Assembly: GCA_964584135.1 (NCBI GenBank)
Contig: CAZOYN010000002.1
Coordinates: forward strand, 918 to 40,234
Origin: an uncultured Candidatus Saccharibacteria bacterium
GTDB lineage: Bacteria; Patescibacteriota; Saccharimonadia; Saccharimonadales; UBA4665
Length of the DNA: 39,317 bases
Direction of reading: 5' to 3'
Positions 8,532 to 17,570 of the stretch are shown here, piece by piece. How positions within the stretch are numbered: position 1 is the stretch's first letter; the number at the start of each line of letters is the position of its first letter. Position numbers and translations under genes: made by a program. The notes under the pieces were generated by a model that saw only the letters and a list, made by a program, of their open reading frames with translations, was not told the origin of the DNA and made no database searches.

Positions 8532-9767
8532 ATGGACTCTAGATTTTCCAGCGACTTTTTTGCCGCTAATCGGCAACGGCTGCGGGCATTATTTACGGGC
8601 AGGGCGCCAATTGTTATAACCGCCAACGGGCTGCTGCAGCGCGGCGGTGACTGCAGTTACCCATTCAGCCAGGATGCCAATTTTTGGTATTTAACAGGGA
8701 TTGACGAGCCCGACATCGTGCTGGTGATGGACAAGGATAAAGAGTACCTGATTGTGCCCGCGCGAGATACGGCGAACCAAGCCTTTAACGGTACCCTGCA
8801 AGCTGATACTCTGAGCCGCCGCTCGGGTATTACGGCCGTTTACGATGACGAAGACGGCTGGGAACAGCTAGCCGGACGTTTGAAGAAGGTTAAGCACGTT
8901 GCGACGATTGCCGCGCCACCAGCTTATGGTCTGTTGAATGCCACGGCTATGTACACTAACCCGGCGCGGGCTAACCTGATCCAAAAGCTTAAAAGCTACA
9001 ACTCGCAAATCTTGCCTCTTGATCTAGGCCAGCATATGGTGCGCTTGCGGATGGTGAAACAGCCGGAGGAACTGGCTGCCCTCCAGGACGCCATTGATAT
9101 CACTATTGCCGGTCTGAGAAACATTACTAAGCCGGCCAAACTGGCGCGTTATGCTAATGAGTATGAGCTCGATGCCGACCTGACCCGCGAATTCCGACGG
9201 CGTGGTGCCAATGGGACGGCTTTTATGATTATTGCCGGTGGCCCGCGGGCCGTAACGCTGCACTACGAAGCCAATAACCAAGCTTTGTCGGCTGATGAAC
9301 TGCTGGTGCTGGACGTCGGCGCCGATGTCGAACATTACGCAGCCGACATTACCCGGACGGTTGCCATAGGCCAACCCAGCCGCCGCCAGCAGGCCGTGTA
9401 CCAAGCAGTTGCTGAAGTCCAGGACTATGCCTTCAGCCTGCTCAAGCCCGGTGTGCTGCTGAAGGATTATGAGCAGGCCATCGAGCACTTTATGGGCGAA
9501 AAGCTGCGTGAGCTCGGCCTCATAAAGTCTATCAGCCACGAAGAGGTCCGGCGCTACTTCCCACACGCTACCTCGCACTTTCTGGGCCTGAACGTGCACG
9601 ATGTGGGCGATTACCAGCGACCGCTGGAGCCGGGCATGGTGCTAACGGTTGAGCCCGGCATTTATATCCCTGACGAAAGCATAGGCGTACGCATTGAGGA
9701 CGACGTCTTAATTACCGCCAGGGGCCATAAGGTCTTGAGCCAGAAACTGCCCCGCCTGCTACAATAA
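8532..9767 (+). CDS. Xaa-Pro aminopeptidase (peptidase M24B family)
   Basis: M24 metal-ligand blocks VLDVGADVEHYAADITRT, HATSHFLGLNVHD, VLTVEPGIYIP, GVRIEDDVLIT. TGcTATACT at 8510-8518. Confidence 0.85.
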   Translation: MDSRFSSDFFAANRQRLRALFTGRAPIVITANGLLQRGGDCSYPFSQDANFWYLTGIDEPDIVLVMDKDKEYLIVPARDTANQAFNGTLQADTLSRRSGITAVYDDEDGWEQLAGRLKKVKHVATIAAPPAYGLLNATAMYTNPARANLIQKLKSYNSQILPLDLGQHMVRLRMVKQPEELAALQDAIDITIAGLRNITKPAKLARYANEYELDADLTREFRRRGANGTAFMIIAGGPRAVTLHYEANNQALSADELLVLDVGADVEHYAADITRTVAIGQPSRRQQAVYQAVAEVQDYAFSLLKPGVLLKDYEQAIEHFMGEKLRELGLIKSISHEEVRRYFPHATSHFLGLNVHDVGDYQRPLEPGMVLTVEPGIYIPDESIGVRIEDDVLITARGHKVLSQKLPRLLQ

Positions 9768-10141
9768 TGCTTATGAATAGGCCGATCTACCGTTTTTTAG
9801 TGCGTTGGCTGGTCTGTAGCCTGGGCCTGTGGATTGCGGCTAGTTTTATAAGCTCTAGCATCACCTACCAGAGCCGGCTACGGGTGATTATCATTGCCGG
9901 GCTGGTGCTGGCCATTATTAATGTCATCCTCAAGCCGCTGTTGGTGGTGTTTTCGCTGCCCGCCATCTTGTTTTCGCTCGGCTTGTTTATGGTTATCATC
10001 AACGGGCTGACGGTTTTTATTGCCAGCAAACTGTATACCCCACTACACATTACTAATTTTTGGGCGGCCGTCTTTGCCGGAATGGTCATTGGTTTGGTAA
10101 ACTATCTAGTGACAGCAATCTTGGAGGACGTCCGGAAATGA
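9767..10141 (+). CDS. Phage-holin-4-2 (YvlD-like) family small membrane protein
   Basis: Four TM helices with the ILKPLLVVFSLPAILFSLGLFMVIINGL pattern. The ATG overlaps the upstream stop (TAATG). Confidence 0.6.
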   Translation: MLMNRPIYRFLVRWLVCSLGLWIAASFISSSITYQSRLRVIIIAGLVLAIINVILKPLLVVFSLPAILFSLGLFMVIINGLTVFIASKLYTPLHITNFWAAVFAGMVIGLVNYLVTAILEDVRK

Positions 10142-10353
10142 GTATCTATAACTACATCACGATTGGCTCAATGTTGCTCATGACCTTGTTGATTTTGATC
10201 CAGACCCGGGGCGCCAGTCTGGGGGCCGGTTTAGGTAGCGCTGGTGAGGTCAATACCACTCGCCGCGGTACGGACAAGACGATTTTTCAGCTGACGATTG
10301 TGTGCGGGCTGGTATTTGTGTTGTCGCTGATATTGGGCGTGATTGTAAAGTAG
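10138..10353 (+). CDS. secG: Preprotein translocase subunit SecG
   Basis: 71 aa, two TM helices flanking a Gly-rich loop (QTRGASLGAGLGSAGE). ATG 10138 overlaps the upstream stop (ATGA). The track Met at 10060 lies inside the upstream gene. Confidence 0.6.
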   Translation: MSIYNYITIGSMLLMTLLILIQTRGASLGAGLGSAGEVNTTRRGTDKTIFQLTIVCGLVFVLSLILGVIVK

Positions 10354-10362
10354 CGCCGCACG

Positions 10363-12141
10363 ATGCGCCTGCGACTTCTTCGGTTACGTTTTCGGCGCCG
10401 ATTACGCGAAGGCCAGCAACAAGTTGAGGGTCTCAGCCAGCAGGCTGAGCAGGGCTTAGAACGGCATTTTTTCCGGCGCTTTGGCCGCTTGAGCCAGGTA
10501 CGGCGTTTTGTGACCGGTTGGTTATTGTTGCTGGTGGTGCTGATTGGTGGTGTGGGCGTACAAACGTTCCTGCTCAGTGGCTACTACCAGTCGCTCCGGC
10601 CGGTGGCTGGCGGTATTTATAACGAAGGCGTGCTCGGCACCTTTACCACCGCCAACCCGCTGTACGCTACCAGTGACGTTGATAGCACGCTATCGCACCT
10701 ACTATTTGCCGGCTTGCTTACCTACAACCAGCACAACCAACTGGTTGGTGACCTGGCTAGCGGCTATACCGTCGATGAAAAGGGCACAACCTACACCGTG
10801 CACATCAAGCCGCACTTGCTGTGGCAGGATGGGCAGCAGCTCACCAGGGCAGATGTGCTCTTCACCTACCATGCCATTCAAAACCCCGATGCCCAATCAC
10901 CGCTCAATAACAGCTGGCAGGGCATTACGGTATCGGCACCAGATGCCCAAACGGTCATGTTCCAACTGCCAGACCCCCTGGCCAGCTTCCCGTACGACCT
11001 GACGAACGGTATCGTACCCAAGCACGTACTGGCCGGTGTACCTACCGTTGACCTGCGGTCGGCTGACTTTAATACGAACCATCCGATTGGTGCTGGCCCG
11101 TTCGCCTGGCACGCCATCCAAATCATCGGTGGTGACCCCAACACCGCCCAGGAACAGATTGCTTTGACGCCATTCATCGGTTATCAGGGCGGCCAGCCCA
11201 AGCTACAGGAATTTGTCGTTCACGCCTATGCCAGCCGGTCGCAACTGGTGCAGGCCTTAAAGACTGGCCAATTGACGGGTGCCGAAGGCCTGGGCGCCAT
11301 ACCGTCAGAGCTACAAGGCAAGAACTGGCAGGCCCACAGCCTGCTACTCACGGCCGCCACCATGGTGTTTTACAAGACGTCTACGGGGGTGCTGAGCGAC
11401 CCAAACGTCCGCCAAGCCCTGATACAAGGGACAGATACCGATATGATCATTAAAAGTCTGGGCTACTCCACACATGCCGTGCGCGAACCATTTTTGACTG
11501 GCCAACTCGGCTACAGCGGCCAGTACGCCCAAGCTGGATTTAATGTTAGGGCTGCTCGCAGCCAACTGGACCAAGATGGCTGGGTGGTGGGCAAAAATGG
11601 CCTGCGGAGCAAAGATAACCAAACCCTCAGCTTTAGCTTGCGGGCGACTGATACCTCCGAATCAAGTACGGTAACGCACATGCTCCAACAGCAGTGGGCA
11701 CAGCTCGGTGTCAAACTTATTGTCGACCTGCAAAACAGCGCCGACTTTCAAAATTCGCTAACCTATCACGACTACGATGCCCTCCTGTACGGTATTTCCA
11801 TTGGTGTTGACCCGGATGTGTTTGTGTACTGGGACAGCTCGCAAGCCGATGTGCGCTCTGCCAATCGTTTGAACCTCTCGGAGTATAAGAATCCTACGGC
11901 TGACGCCGCGCTGGAAGCTGGCCGCACCCGCCTCAGCCCAGATTTACGGGTGGTTAAGTACAAGCCCTTTCTGCAAGCTTGGCAGCAAGACGCGCCGGCG
12001 CTGGGGTTGTACCAGCCGCGTTTGCTGTACATTACCAACGGGCCGGTGTCTGGCTTGAGTGAGCAGCAAATTAATACTGCCACCGACCGTTTCAACAATG
12101 TCCAGAACTGGCAAATCCGCCAGGCCAAAGTCAGCGACTAG
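10363..12141 (+). CDS. ABC-transporter family-5 (peptide/nickel-type) substrate-binding protein, N-terminally TM-anchored; no permease or ATPase nearby
   Basis: Arg-rich N-tail plus a TM helix (WLLLLVVLIGGVGV). SBP_bac_5-like core (LFAGLLTYNQHNQLVGDLASGYTVDEKGTTYTVHIKPHLLWQDGQQLTRADVLFTY). Confidence 0.75.
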   Translation: MRLRLLRLRFRRRLREGQQQVEGLSQQAEQGLERHFFRRFGRLSQVRRFVTGWLLLLVVLIGGVGVQTFLLSGYYQSLRPVAGGIYNEGVLGTFTTANPLYATSDVDSTLSHLLFAGLLTYNQHNQLVGDLASGYTVDEKGTTYTVHIKPHLLWQDGQQLTRADVLFTYHAIQNPDAQSPLNNSWQGITVSAPDAQTVMFQLPDPLASFPYDLTNGIVPKHVLAGVPTVDLRSADFNTNHPIGAGPFAWHAIQIIGGDPNTAQEQIALTPFIGYQGGQPKLQEFVVHAYASRSQLVQALKTGQLTGAEGLGAIPSELQGKNWQAHSLLLTAATMVFYKTSTGVLSDPNVRQALIQGTDTDMIIKSLGYSTHAVREPFLTGQLGYSGQYAQAGFNVRAARSQLDQDGWVVGKNGLRSKDNQTLSFSLRATDTSESSTVTHMLQQQWAQLGVKLIVDLQNSADFQNSLTYHDYDALLYGISIGVDPDVFVYWDSSQADVRSANRLNLSEYKNPTADAALEAGRTRLSPDLRVVKYKPFLQAWQQDAPALGLYQPRLLYITNGPVSGLSEQQINTATDRFNNVQNWQIRQAKVSD

Positions 12142-12150
12142 CGCTTGAAT

Positions 12151-12178
12151 TTTACAGGATAAACAGATACCATATGAT
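12151..12178 (+). promoter_or_regulatory. Putative sigma70-type promoter for tRNA-Leu
   Basis: TTTACA (12151-12156), 16-nt spacer, TATGAT (12173-12178). The tRNA starts at 12197. Confidence 0.4.
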
Positions 12179-12196
12179 AGTCTTCTGATAGTATTC

Positions 12197-12283
12197 GGGG
12201 ATGTGGCGGAATTGGTAGACGCGCTAGCTTCAGGAGCTAGTGGACTTCGGTTCGTGGAGGTTCAAGTCCTCTCATCCCCACCA
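12197..12283 (+). tRNA. tRNA-Leu(CAG), class II long variable arm, encoded CCA
   Basis: Hand-folded cloverleaf: acceptor GGGGATG/CATCCCC, anticodon stem CTAGC/GCTAG, loop TTCAGGA, T-loop GGTTCAAGTCC. Near-identical in the D and anticodon arms to E. coli tRNA-Leu(CAG). Confidence 0.9.
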
Positions 12284-12366
12284 AAGTTCCCGTACTAGAA
12301 CCCGGGGCCGTACGCGCTACTTCATGTACGCGATTTTGAGCCTTTAGTTTTCACTGGACCGTTGGG

Positions 12367-12409
12367 CGATATTCCATATAAGTTATAATATAACCTATAC
12401 GGAATATCG
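12367..12409. promoter_or_regulatory. 13/14-bp inverted repeat enclosing a TATAAT box (operator or hairpin)
   Basis: CGATATTCCATATA (12367-12380) versus the reverse complement of TATACGGAATATCG (12396-12409). The 15-nt spacer contains TATAAT (12384-12389). Confidence 0.4.
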
Positions 12410-12493
12410 GTGAGAAGACTATGTTGGTAAGAGTCCCGTCCCGCAGCAAAGCATAAACGTTGCAAGAACGTTGTGCTATCATAAGCTATATTT

Positions 12494-14131
12494 ATGAGTA
12501 AAGTGGCGCACTATCTGCAAGAACATCTGGTAGGGGAGGTAATGACCGGTACCGATGCCCGGCGCTACTTCGCTACCGATGCCAGTATTTTCCAGCTGCC
12601 ACCAGCCCTGGTGGTCTATCCCCGTAACGAGAATGATGTCCGCAAAACTGCCCGTTTTACCTGGCAGTTGGCGGAACGCGGCCGGGTCATCCCCATGACT
12701 GCCCGTGGCGCCGGCACCGACCAGACGGGCGCCGCCCTGAGCACTGGCATTATGCTGGTTTTTCCAGCCCATATGAACCGCATCCTAGAGCTTGATACCA
12801 AAGATAACACCGTTACCATTGAACCGGGCATTAACTTCGGTAAATTACAGCAAACCCTGCATACCCACGGCCGCTTCTTGCCCCCCTATCCGGCCTCACT
12901 GGAATATTCGACGGTTGGTGGAGCAATCGCCAACAACGCCAGTGGTGAGAAGACCGTCAAATACGGCACCATGCGTGCCTATGTCCAGAGCCTGCGGGTC
13001 GTGCTGGCGAACGGTGAAGTGATTGAAACCGGCCGCCTGAACAAACGCGAACTCAGCAAAAAACTTGGCCTGGCCACCTTTGAGGGGGAGATTTACCGCC
13101 AAGTTGACACTTTGCTTGAAGAAAACCGTGATTTAACCGACACGCTACAGCTAAATGTCACTAAGAATAACGCTGGTTACCAGCTGCTGGACGTCAAGCA
13201 CCGCGATGGCTCGTTTGACCTGACACCACTGTTTGTGGGTAGCCAGGGTACCTTGGGCATTATAACCGAAGCCGTGCTCGACACCGAAGCCCACAATCCG
13301 CAAACCGCCCTCGTCATGGCCACCTTCGACAGTATTGAAAAACTGCAGTCAGCAGTTTTGGAATTACGCGCCCTGCCTGAGCTGCCCAGCGTACTCGAGG
13401 TCGTAGATGGCCACTTGCTTGAGCAGGTTAACCAGCTCAACCCAAACCAGCTGAAAGAAGTGATTGCGCCGCCATTCCCGCTGTTTGCCTTGCTAGTAGA
13501 GTTTGACAGCGCCAAAGAAAGCCAGCGCAAAAAGCTCTTAAAGCGGACCCAAAAAATCCTGGAAAAGTCTGCCATCAACTACCAACTGACTACCGAGCCG
13601 GACCAGCAACAGCTACTCTGGAAAGTCCGCCAGGCATCCAGCGCTGTCCTTGGCCACAACGAGGGCTTACAGCGCTCAGTGCCAATTATTGACGATGGCG
13701 CCGTAGCGCCCGACCGCCTCCGTGACCTTCTGGAAGGCATTTACGGCCTGTTTGAGCAGGCTAACCTAACACCGGCGGTCTGGGGCCACGCTGGTGACGC
13801 CAACCTGCACCTGCAGCCCCGGCTGAATATTGGCCAGGTGGGTGACCGCCAAAAGGCCTTCCGCCTAATGGAAGAGTATTACAAGCTGATTATCAGCCTA
13901 AACGGCACTATTAGCGCCGAAGCTGGAGACGGGCGTTTGCGTACCCCCTATCTGTCGGCACTGTATGGCGCCGAAGCCTACGGCCTATTGCAAAAAGTGA
14001 AGCAAATCTTTGACCCCTACGGCACGCTGAACCCAGGCGTTAAGTTCGGCAGCTCAGTTGATGACCTCAAAGCCATCATCCGCTCCGACTACACTCTCGA
14101 CCATTTGTACGACCACTTGCCACGCAGCTAA
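12494..14131 (+). CDS. FAD-linked oxidase (GlcD/D-lactate dehydrogenase-like)
   Basis: PCMH-type FAD-binding motifs (ARGAGTDQTGAA, GGAIANNASGEK, GSQGTLGIITEA) and an FAD-oxidase C-terminal domain (HAGDANLH...GTISAEAGDG...DPYGTLNPG). Confidence 0.85.
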   Translation: MSKVAHYLQEHLVGEVMTGTDARRYFATDASIFQLPPALVVYPRNENDVRKTARFTWQLAERGRVIPMTARGAGTDQTGAALSTGIMLVFPAHMNRILELDTKDNTVTIEPGINFGKLQQTLHTHGRFLPPYPASLEYSTVGGAIANNASGEKTVKYGTMRAYVQSLRVVLANGEVIETGRLNKRELSKKLGLATFEGEIYRQVDTLLEENRDLTDTLQLNVTKNNAGYQLLDVKHRDGSFDLTPLFVGSQGTLGIITEAVLDTEAHNPQTALVMATFDSIEKLQSAVLELRALPELPSVLEVVDGHLLEQVNQLNPNQLKEVIAPPFPLFALLVEFDSAKESQRKKLLKRTQKILEKSAINYQLTTEPDQQQLLWKVRQASSAVLGHNEGLQRSVPIIDDGAVAPDRLRDLLEGIYGLFEQANLTPAVWGHAGDANLHLQPRLNIGQVGDRQKAFRLMEEYYKLIISLNGTISAEAGDGRLRTPYLSALYGAEAYGLLQKVKQIFDPYGTLNPGVKFGSSVDDLKAIIRSDYTLDHLYDHLPRS

Positions 14132-14144
14132 AAATTCAAAATAC

Positions 14145-14220
14145 TGGTGGAGCTAGCGAGATTCGAACTCGCGACCTTTTGCATGCCATGCAAACGCGCT
14201 ACCAACTGCGCCATAGCCCC
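14145..14220 (-). tRNA. tRNA-Ala(GGC), encoded CCA
   Basis: The reverse complement folds as GGGGCTA/TAGCTCC with the G3:U70 Ala identity pair, anticodon loop ATGGCAT, T-arm GCGAGTTCGAATCTCGC. Confidence 0.9.
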
Positions 14221-14904
14221 TTAGAGTGCTTCAAATATAATACCAGCGATCTGTTCAAGTTCAAGTTGAATATAGGTACCCGCACAGGTTACAACGCAAA
14301 CTCCTTTGTAATCCTTCTTTTTTGTTTTGTGGCCAACAGTTCGTTTATCAAAATATGACGGATAAAAATATTCTGGCTTAATTCCAGTGACCGACGACCA
14401 ATATGTAACAAGTTCAGCCGCATTCTGGTCGGCTCTATGCTGCACACGACATCGCATTTTGTCTGGTGTTACACCGTAGCAGTCCCTTAGCAGCAGAACA
14501 TATAGGCGAAGAATTTTTGGGTCCGAGCTTCCAAGTTGTGGTCCGCGTCTACTCTTCCACTTTGCACCTTCACCGAGATATAACATAGCAAGAGCCAGCG
14601 TCTTGGCATCCTTGCGCATTATAAAATTTGCAAAATCACGGTTCCTAAATTTATATGATGCAACTTTCTCATCAAATAATTGCTTATTTCTAATGACTGC
14701 CTTTTGTCTCTGTCGACCAAGCTGTTGCTTATGTCTTTCTTGGATTACTTCGATTTGAGACGGTGAAAGTTCTATATTTCTGCAAATATAACTTAATGAA
14801 CTCTTGGGGATTGTTACACCAAGTTCTTGATTAATTTCTTGAAAAGTAAAGCCGGCTTTACGCAATCTTCGAATATCTTCATAGAGGTGTACGTGAATAG
14901 TCAT
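14221..14904 (-). CDS. LAGLIDADG-like homing-endonuclease-family protein with N-terminal HTH (AT-rich, possibly selfish)
   Basis: Single LAGLIDADG-like motif LALAMLYLGEGAK. N-terminal HTH IRRLRKAGFTFQEINQELGV. Markedly lower GC than its neighbours. The stop codon directly abuts tRNA-Ala. The start is ambiguous: ATG 14904 is preferred and the longest ORF reaches 14952. Confidence 0.5.
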   Translation of the reverse strand: MTIHVHLYEDIRRLRKAGFTFQEINQELGVTIPKSSLSYICRNIELSPSQIEVIQERHKQQLGRQRQKAVIRNKQLFDEKVASYKFRNRDFANFIMRKDAKTLALAMLYLGEGAKWKSRRGPQLGSSDPKILRLYVLLLRDCYGVTPDKMRCRVQHRADQNAAELVTYWSSVTGIKPEYFYPSYFDKRTVGHKTKKKDYKGVCVVTCAGTYIQLELEQIAGIIFEAL

Positions 14905-15011
14905 ATAGAGACCATCGTACCATAGACAGGTGATATGTGCATTCATTATCACAAATTATTAAATGCCCTCAGTTCGCAGTATAATGGGCATGTAAATCAC
15001 GGAGGTTCATC

Positions 15012-15776
15012 ATGCCAGGTCTATTTATTACCGTTCTGGTCGTCGCGCTTGTAATCATCGCTTATGGCGTGAGAATCATTAACCAGTACGAGCGCGGAGT
15101 GGTGTTCCGTTTGGGCAAAGTCAGAAATATGGTCAAAGACCCCGGCCTCCGGTTGATCATCCCCATCATTGACCAGATGCGTAAGGTTAGCTTAAGGATC
15201 GTGACCTTACCCATTGAATCGCAGCAAATCATCACCAAAGACAATGTCTCAATCAGTGTCTCGGCCGTGGCCTACTACCAGGTGCAAGACCCAACCAAAT
15301 CTATCGTGGCTATCGAAAACGTGATTTCAGCCATCTACCAGATCGCCCAGACCACGGTCCGCAACATTGTTGGCCAAAGCGCCCTTGATGATGTCCTGAG
15401 CCAAACCGCTGCCATCAACGACAAAATCAAAGCTATACTCGACGTCCAGACCGAAAAGTGGGGCGTTAACGTCAGTACGGTTGAGCTTAAAGATATCCAG
15501 CTGCCCGATACCATGCAGCGGGCTATGAGCAAGCAAGCCGAGGCCGAACGCGAAAAGCGGGCCAAGATTATCGCCGCCGAAGGCGAGCAGCTCAGCGCTG
15601 CCAAGCTGGGCGAGGCTGCCGACATCATTAGCAAGCACCCCATCGCCCTGCAGCTACGCAACCTGCAAGTGCTCACCGATATAGCTGTTGAAAAGAACAG
15701 CACCATTGTCTTTCCGGCTCAATTTATGGACACTGTCAAAAGTGTCAAAGACTTCATGAGCAAAGAAAACGTCTAG
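15012..15776 (+). CDS. SPFH/band-7 (stomatin-like) membrane protein
   Basis: N-terminal [13 protein letters not shown]...SPFH core, [17 protein letters not shown] helix. GGAGG SD 7 nt upstream; TATAAT at 14980-14985. Confidence 0.9.
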   Translation: MPGLFITVLVVALVIIAYGVRIINQYERGVVFRLGKVRNMVKDPGLRLIIPIIDQMRKVSLRIVTLPIESQQIITKDNVSISVSAVAYYQVQDPTKSIVAIENVISAIYQIAQTTVRNIVGQSALDDVLSQTAAINDKIKAILDVQTEKWGVNVSTVELKDIQLPDTMQRAMSKQAEAEREKRAKIIAAEGEQLSAAKLGEAADIISKHPIALQLRNLQVLTDIAVEKNSTIVFPAQFMDTVKSVKDFMSKENV

Positions 15777-15805
15777 TTGCCACAATCTGTTATTTGCCGT
15801 AAAAT
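15777..15805 (+). promoter_or_regulatory. Putative promoter for tRNA-Phe
   Basis: TTGCCA (15777-15782), 17-nt spacer, TAAAAT (15800-15805). The tRNA starts at 15817. Confidence 0.45.
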
Positions 15806-15816
15806 GACGGAGTTGT

Positions 15817-15892
15817 GGCTCTTTAGCTCAGTTGGTAGAGCAGAGGCCTGAAGAGCCTTGTGTCCCCAGTTCGAGTCTGGGAGGAGCCACCA
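15817..15892 (+). tRNA. tRNA-Phe(GAA), encoded CCA
   Basis: Cloverleaf GGCTCTT/AGGAGCC, anticodon stem GAGGC/GCCTT, loop CTGAAGA, T-arm CCCAGTTCGAGTCTGGG. Confidence 0.9.
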
Positions 15893-16087
15893 CTGTTAAT
15901 TACGTTGACAATTTTACAAGGCTTGTGTGCTGACGGTCGTACGTGGACGGCAGCGTTGCCGTCAAATGGCTTTCTAGCATTTTGCGTTTCATCGGTTGGG
16001 GACACAAGGCTAATAATTGCTGGCTGAGCGCTTTGCCCCGCATCTACTTGATCGATTATCTCGACCGGTGCATAATAACGAACACGT

Positions 16088-16411
16088 ATGACGAATGATG
16101 AAATGCTCGAAGCGCTCAAGGATTTTGTAGCGACAACTGTGTTGAAGGCCACTGCTGATTTACCAGCGATGAGCCAGACACTTGATCGGATACAGGTCAA
16201 GCTTGGCACGGTCGATGGTCGGCTACACAGTGTTGAGCGACAGCTGAGTGATGTTGACGGCCGACTGTCGGGCGTTGACCAGAAACTGACATCCGTCGGG
16301 GCAAAGCTCGACGAGCTGGCGTTGAAGGTTGACACGATTGCCGATGCCCACGCTGAGGATATTGACGGCCTGGATCGACGGCTGGGACAGCTCGAGCATC
16401 GGGCAGCGTGA
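16088..16411 (+). CDS. Coiled-coil protein with short periodic repeats (island cargo)
   Basis: 107 aa. Repeats of the form VDGRLHSVERQL / VDGRLSGVDQKL / VGAKLDELALKV / IDGLDRRLGQLE. The stop overlaps the next gene's GTG (GTGA). Confidence 0.55.
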   Translation: MTNDEMLEALKDFVATTVLKATADLPAMSQTLDRIQVKLGTVDGRLHSVERQLSDVDGRLSGVDQKLTSVGAKLDELALKVDTIADAHAEDIDGLDRRLGQLEHRAA

Positions 16412-17340
16412 ACCCCGGGTCTTCCGGGGCAGAGGTGAACGGCAGTGTGGATACTGACCCAGTGGTCGATCGTGCCCTGGAGATTGTCAACGAGACAGGT
16501 TTCCCGTTTCAGCACCAATGCGCCGATGCCATTGCCGGCTACCAGGACTTCGCTGTCTCGATGGAGGTGCCCTACACCTACCCGCAAACCAATGGGCCGT
16601 TGCTTGGTGTGCATGGACAAGCAGATTTGATCGCAGTTGCGCCAGCGTTGACTGAGCCAGACGCCCTGATGGTGTTCGTGGTCGAGTGCAAGCGAGCCAA
16701 CGACAAGATCAAGAACTGGTTGCTGATGACCAACCCCGTTCAGGCACCGCGTTGGCCAACGCTGTTCACTAGTCTCGATCCGGAATCCCCGCCCCAGCTG
16801 ATGAGCGTCAACCGAGCCATCAACTGGCCGGAGTTGGGCTATGAAACGGGGGCAGCGTTCGACTACTGCATAAACGGCGTTGAGGTCAATAGTGATTTTC
16901 GAGCCCTGAACCGCAATTCGGAAGACAAGCTCTACCGACCGTTGCAGCAGGTCGCACACGCCGCCATGGCAATCGGCGCGATGTACCCAAAGATTATTGA
17001 AGGTATCGACTATTTTCGTACCTTCGAGCGACCAGAACGCATCTACCTGCCGGTGGTATTGACTACAGCCCGTCTCTACAAGATTGGCTTCACGCCCGAG
17101 CTGGTGCACGACGGTGCCATCCCGACCGACGACTTCGAGCTGGGTGAGCCTCAGAAGTGGCTGACGTATGAATTCCCGCTGGCCGACTACCTCGGCGGCT
17201 CGGTAGAGCGGCCCAACGGGCCGACACATATTCCGAAACGCACGATCTTTATCGTGAACAGTGAGCATCTGGCTGAGTTCTTTAAGGCCGCTCGCTCGCC
17301 CCGCCTGCAACCAACCCCGGTTGGTCCGACCGCACTCTAA
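16408..17340 (+). CDS. PD-(D/E)xK / NERD-like nuclease-fold protein (island cargo)
   Basis: GQADLIAV...(20 aa)...FVVECKRANDK fits the D...ExK nuclease motif. Composition is balanced, unlike the antisense 510-aa ORF. Confidence 0.5.
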   Translation: MNPGSSGAEVNGSVDTDPVVDRALEIVNETGFPFQHQCADAIAGYQDFAVSMEVPYTYPQTNGPLLGVHGQADLIAVAPALTEPDALMVFVVECKRANDKIKNWLLMTNPVQAPRWPTLFTSLDPESPPQLMSVNRAINWPELGYETGAAFDYCINGVEVNSDFRALNRNSEDKLYRPLQQVAHAAMAIGAMYPKIIEGIDYFRTFERPERIYLPVVLTTARLYKIGFTPELVHDGAIPTDDFELGEPQKWLTYEFPLADYLGGSVERPNGPTHIPKRTIFIVNSEHLAEFFKAARSPRLQPTPVGPTAL

Positions 17341-17570
17341 CCCTCGCGTGGTCATCTATCCTTCTCGCAGCGTGGCAGTTGTGTAATAATTAAAATGGCT
17401 CGTTGGAGTTTGTGTTTGCAGTAATTATGTAACACATTGAAAATTCTCCAGTCATTTCGAGGTTTGACGGCTACGGCTGACGGCAACCGCCCCCAGCAGA
17501 CGCTGCGTTTCACGAGCACGAGCGAGCAGCATCACCGAGGTTGGGACCGTGTCTATGGTGGGCAGGGTCC

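Noticed and set aside
15823-17355. 510-aa minus-strand ORF, the longest ORF in the tRNA-Phe island
   Set aside because: It reads antisense through tRNA-Phe itself. It is Arg/Ser/Cys/His-rich, with composition typical of antisense frames in GC-rich DNA, and has no motifs (I looked for recombinase R-H-R-Y). The plus strand instead carries two well-composed ORFs with a GTGA coupled junction.
17551-17570. Possible extension of the tRNA-Phe repeat upstream of the 47-bp core (ggtgggcagggtcc versus ggtagagcagag)
   Set aside because: The similarity needs several gaps and mismatches and cannot be distinguished from chance by eye. Only the exact 47-bp core is claimed.
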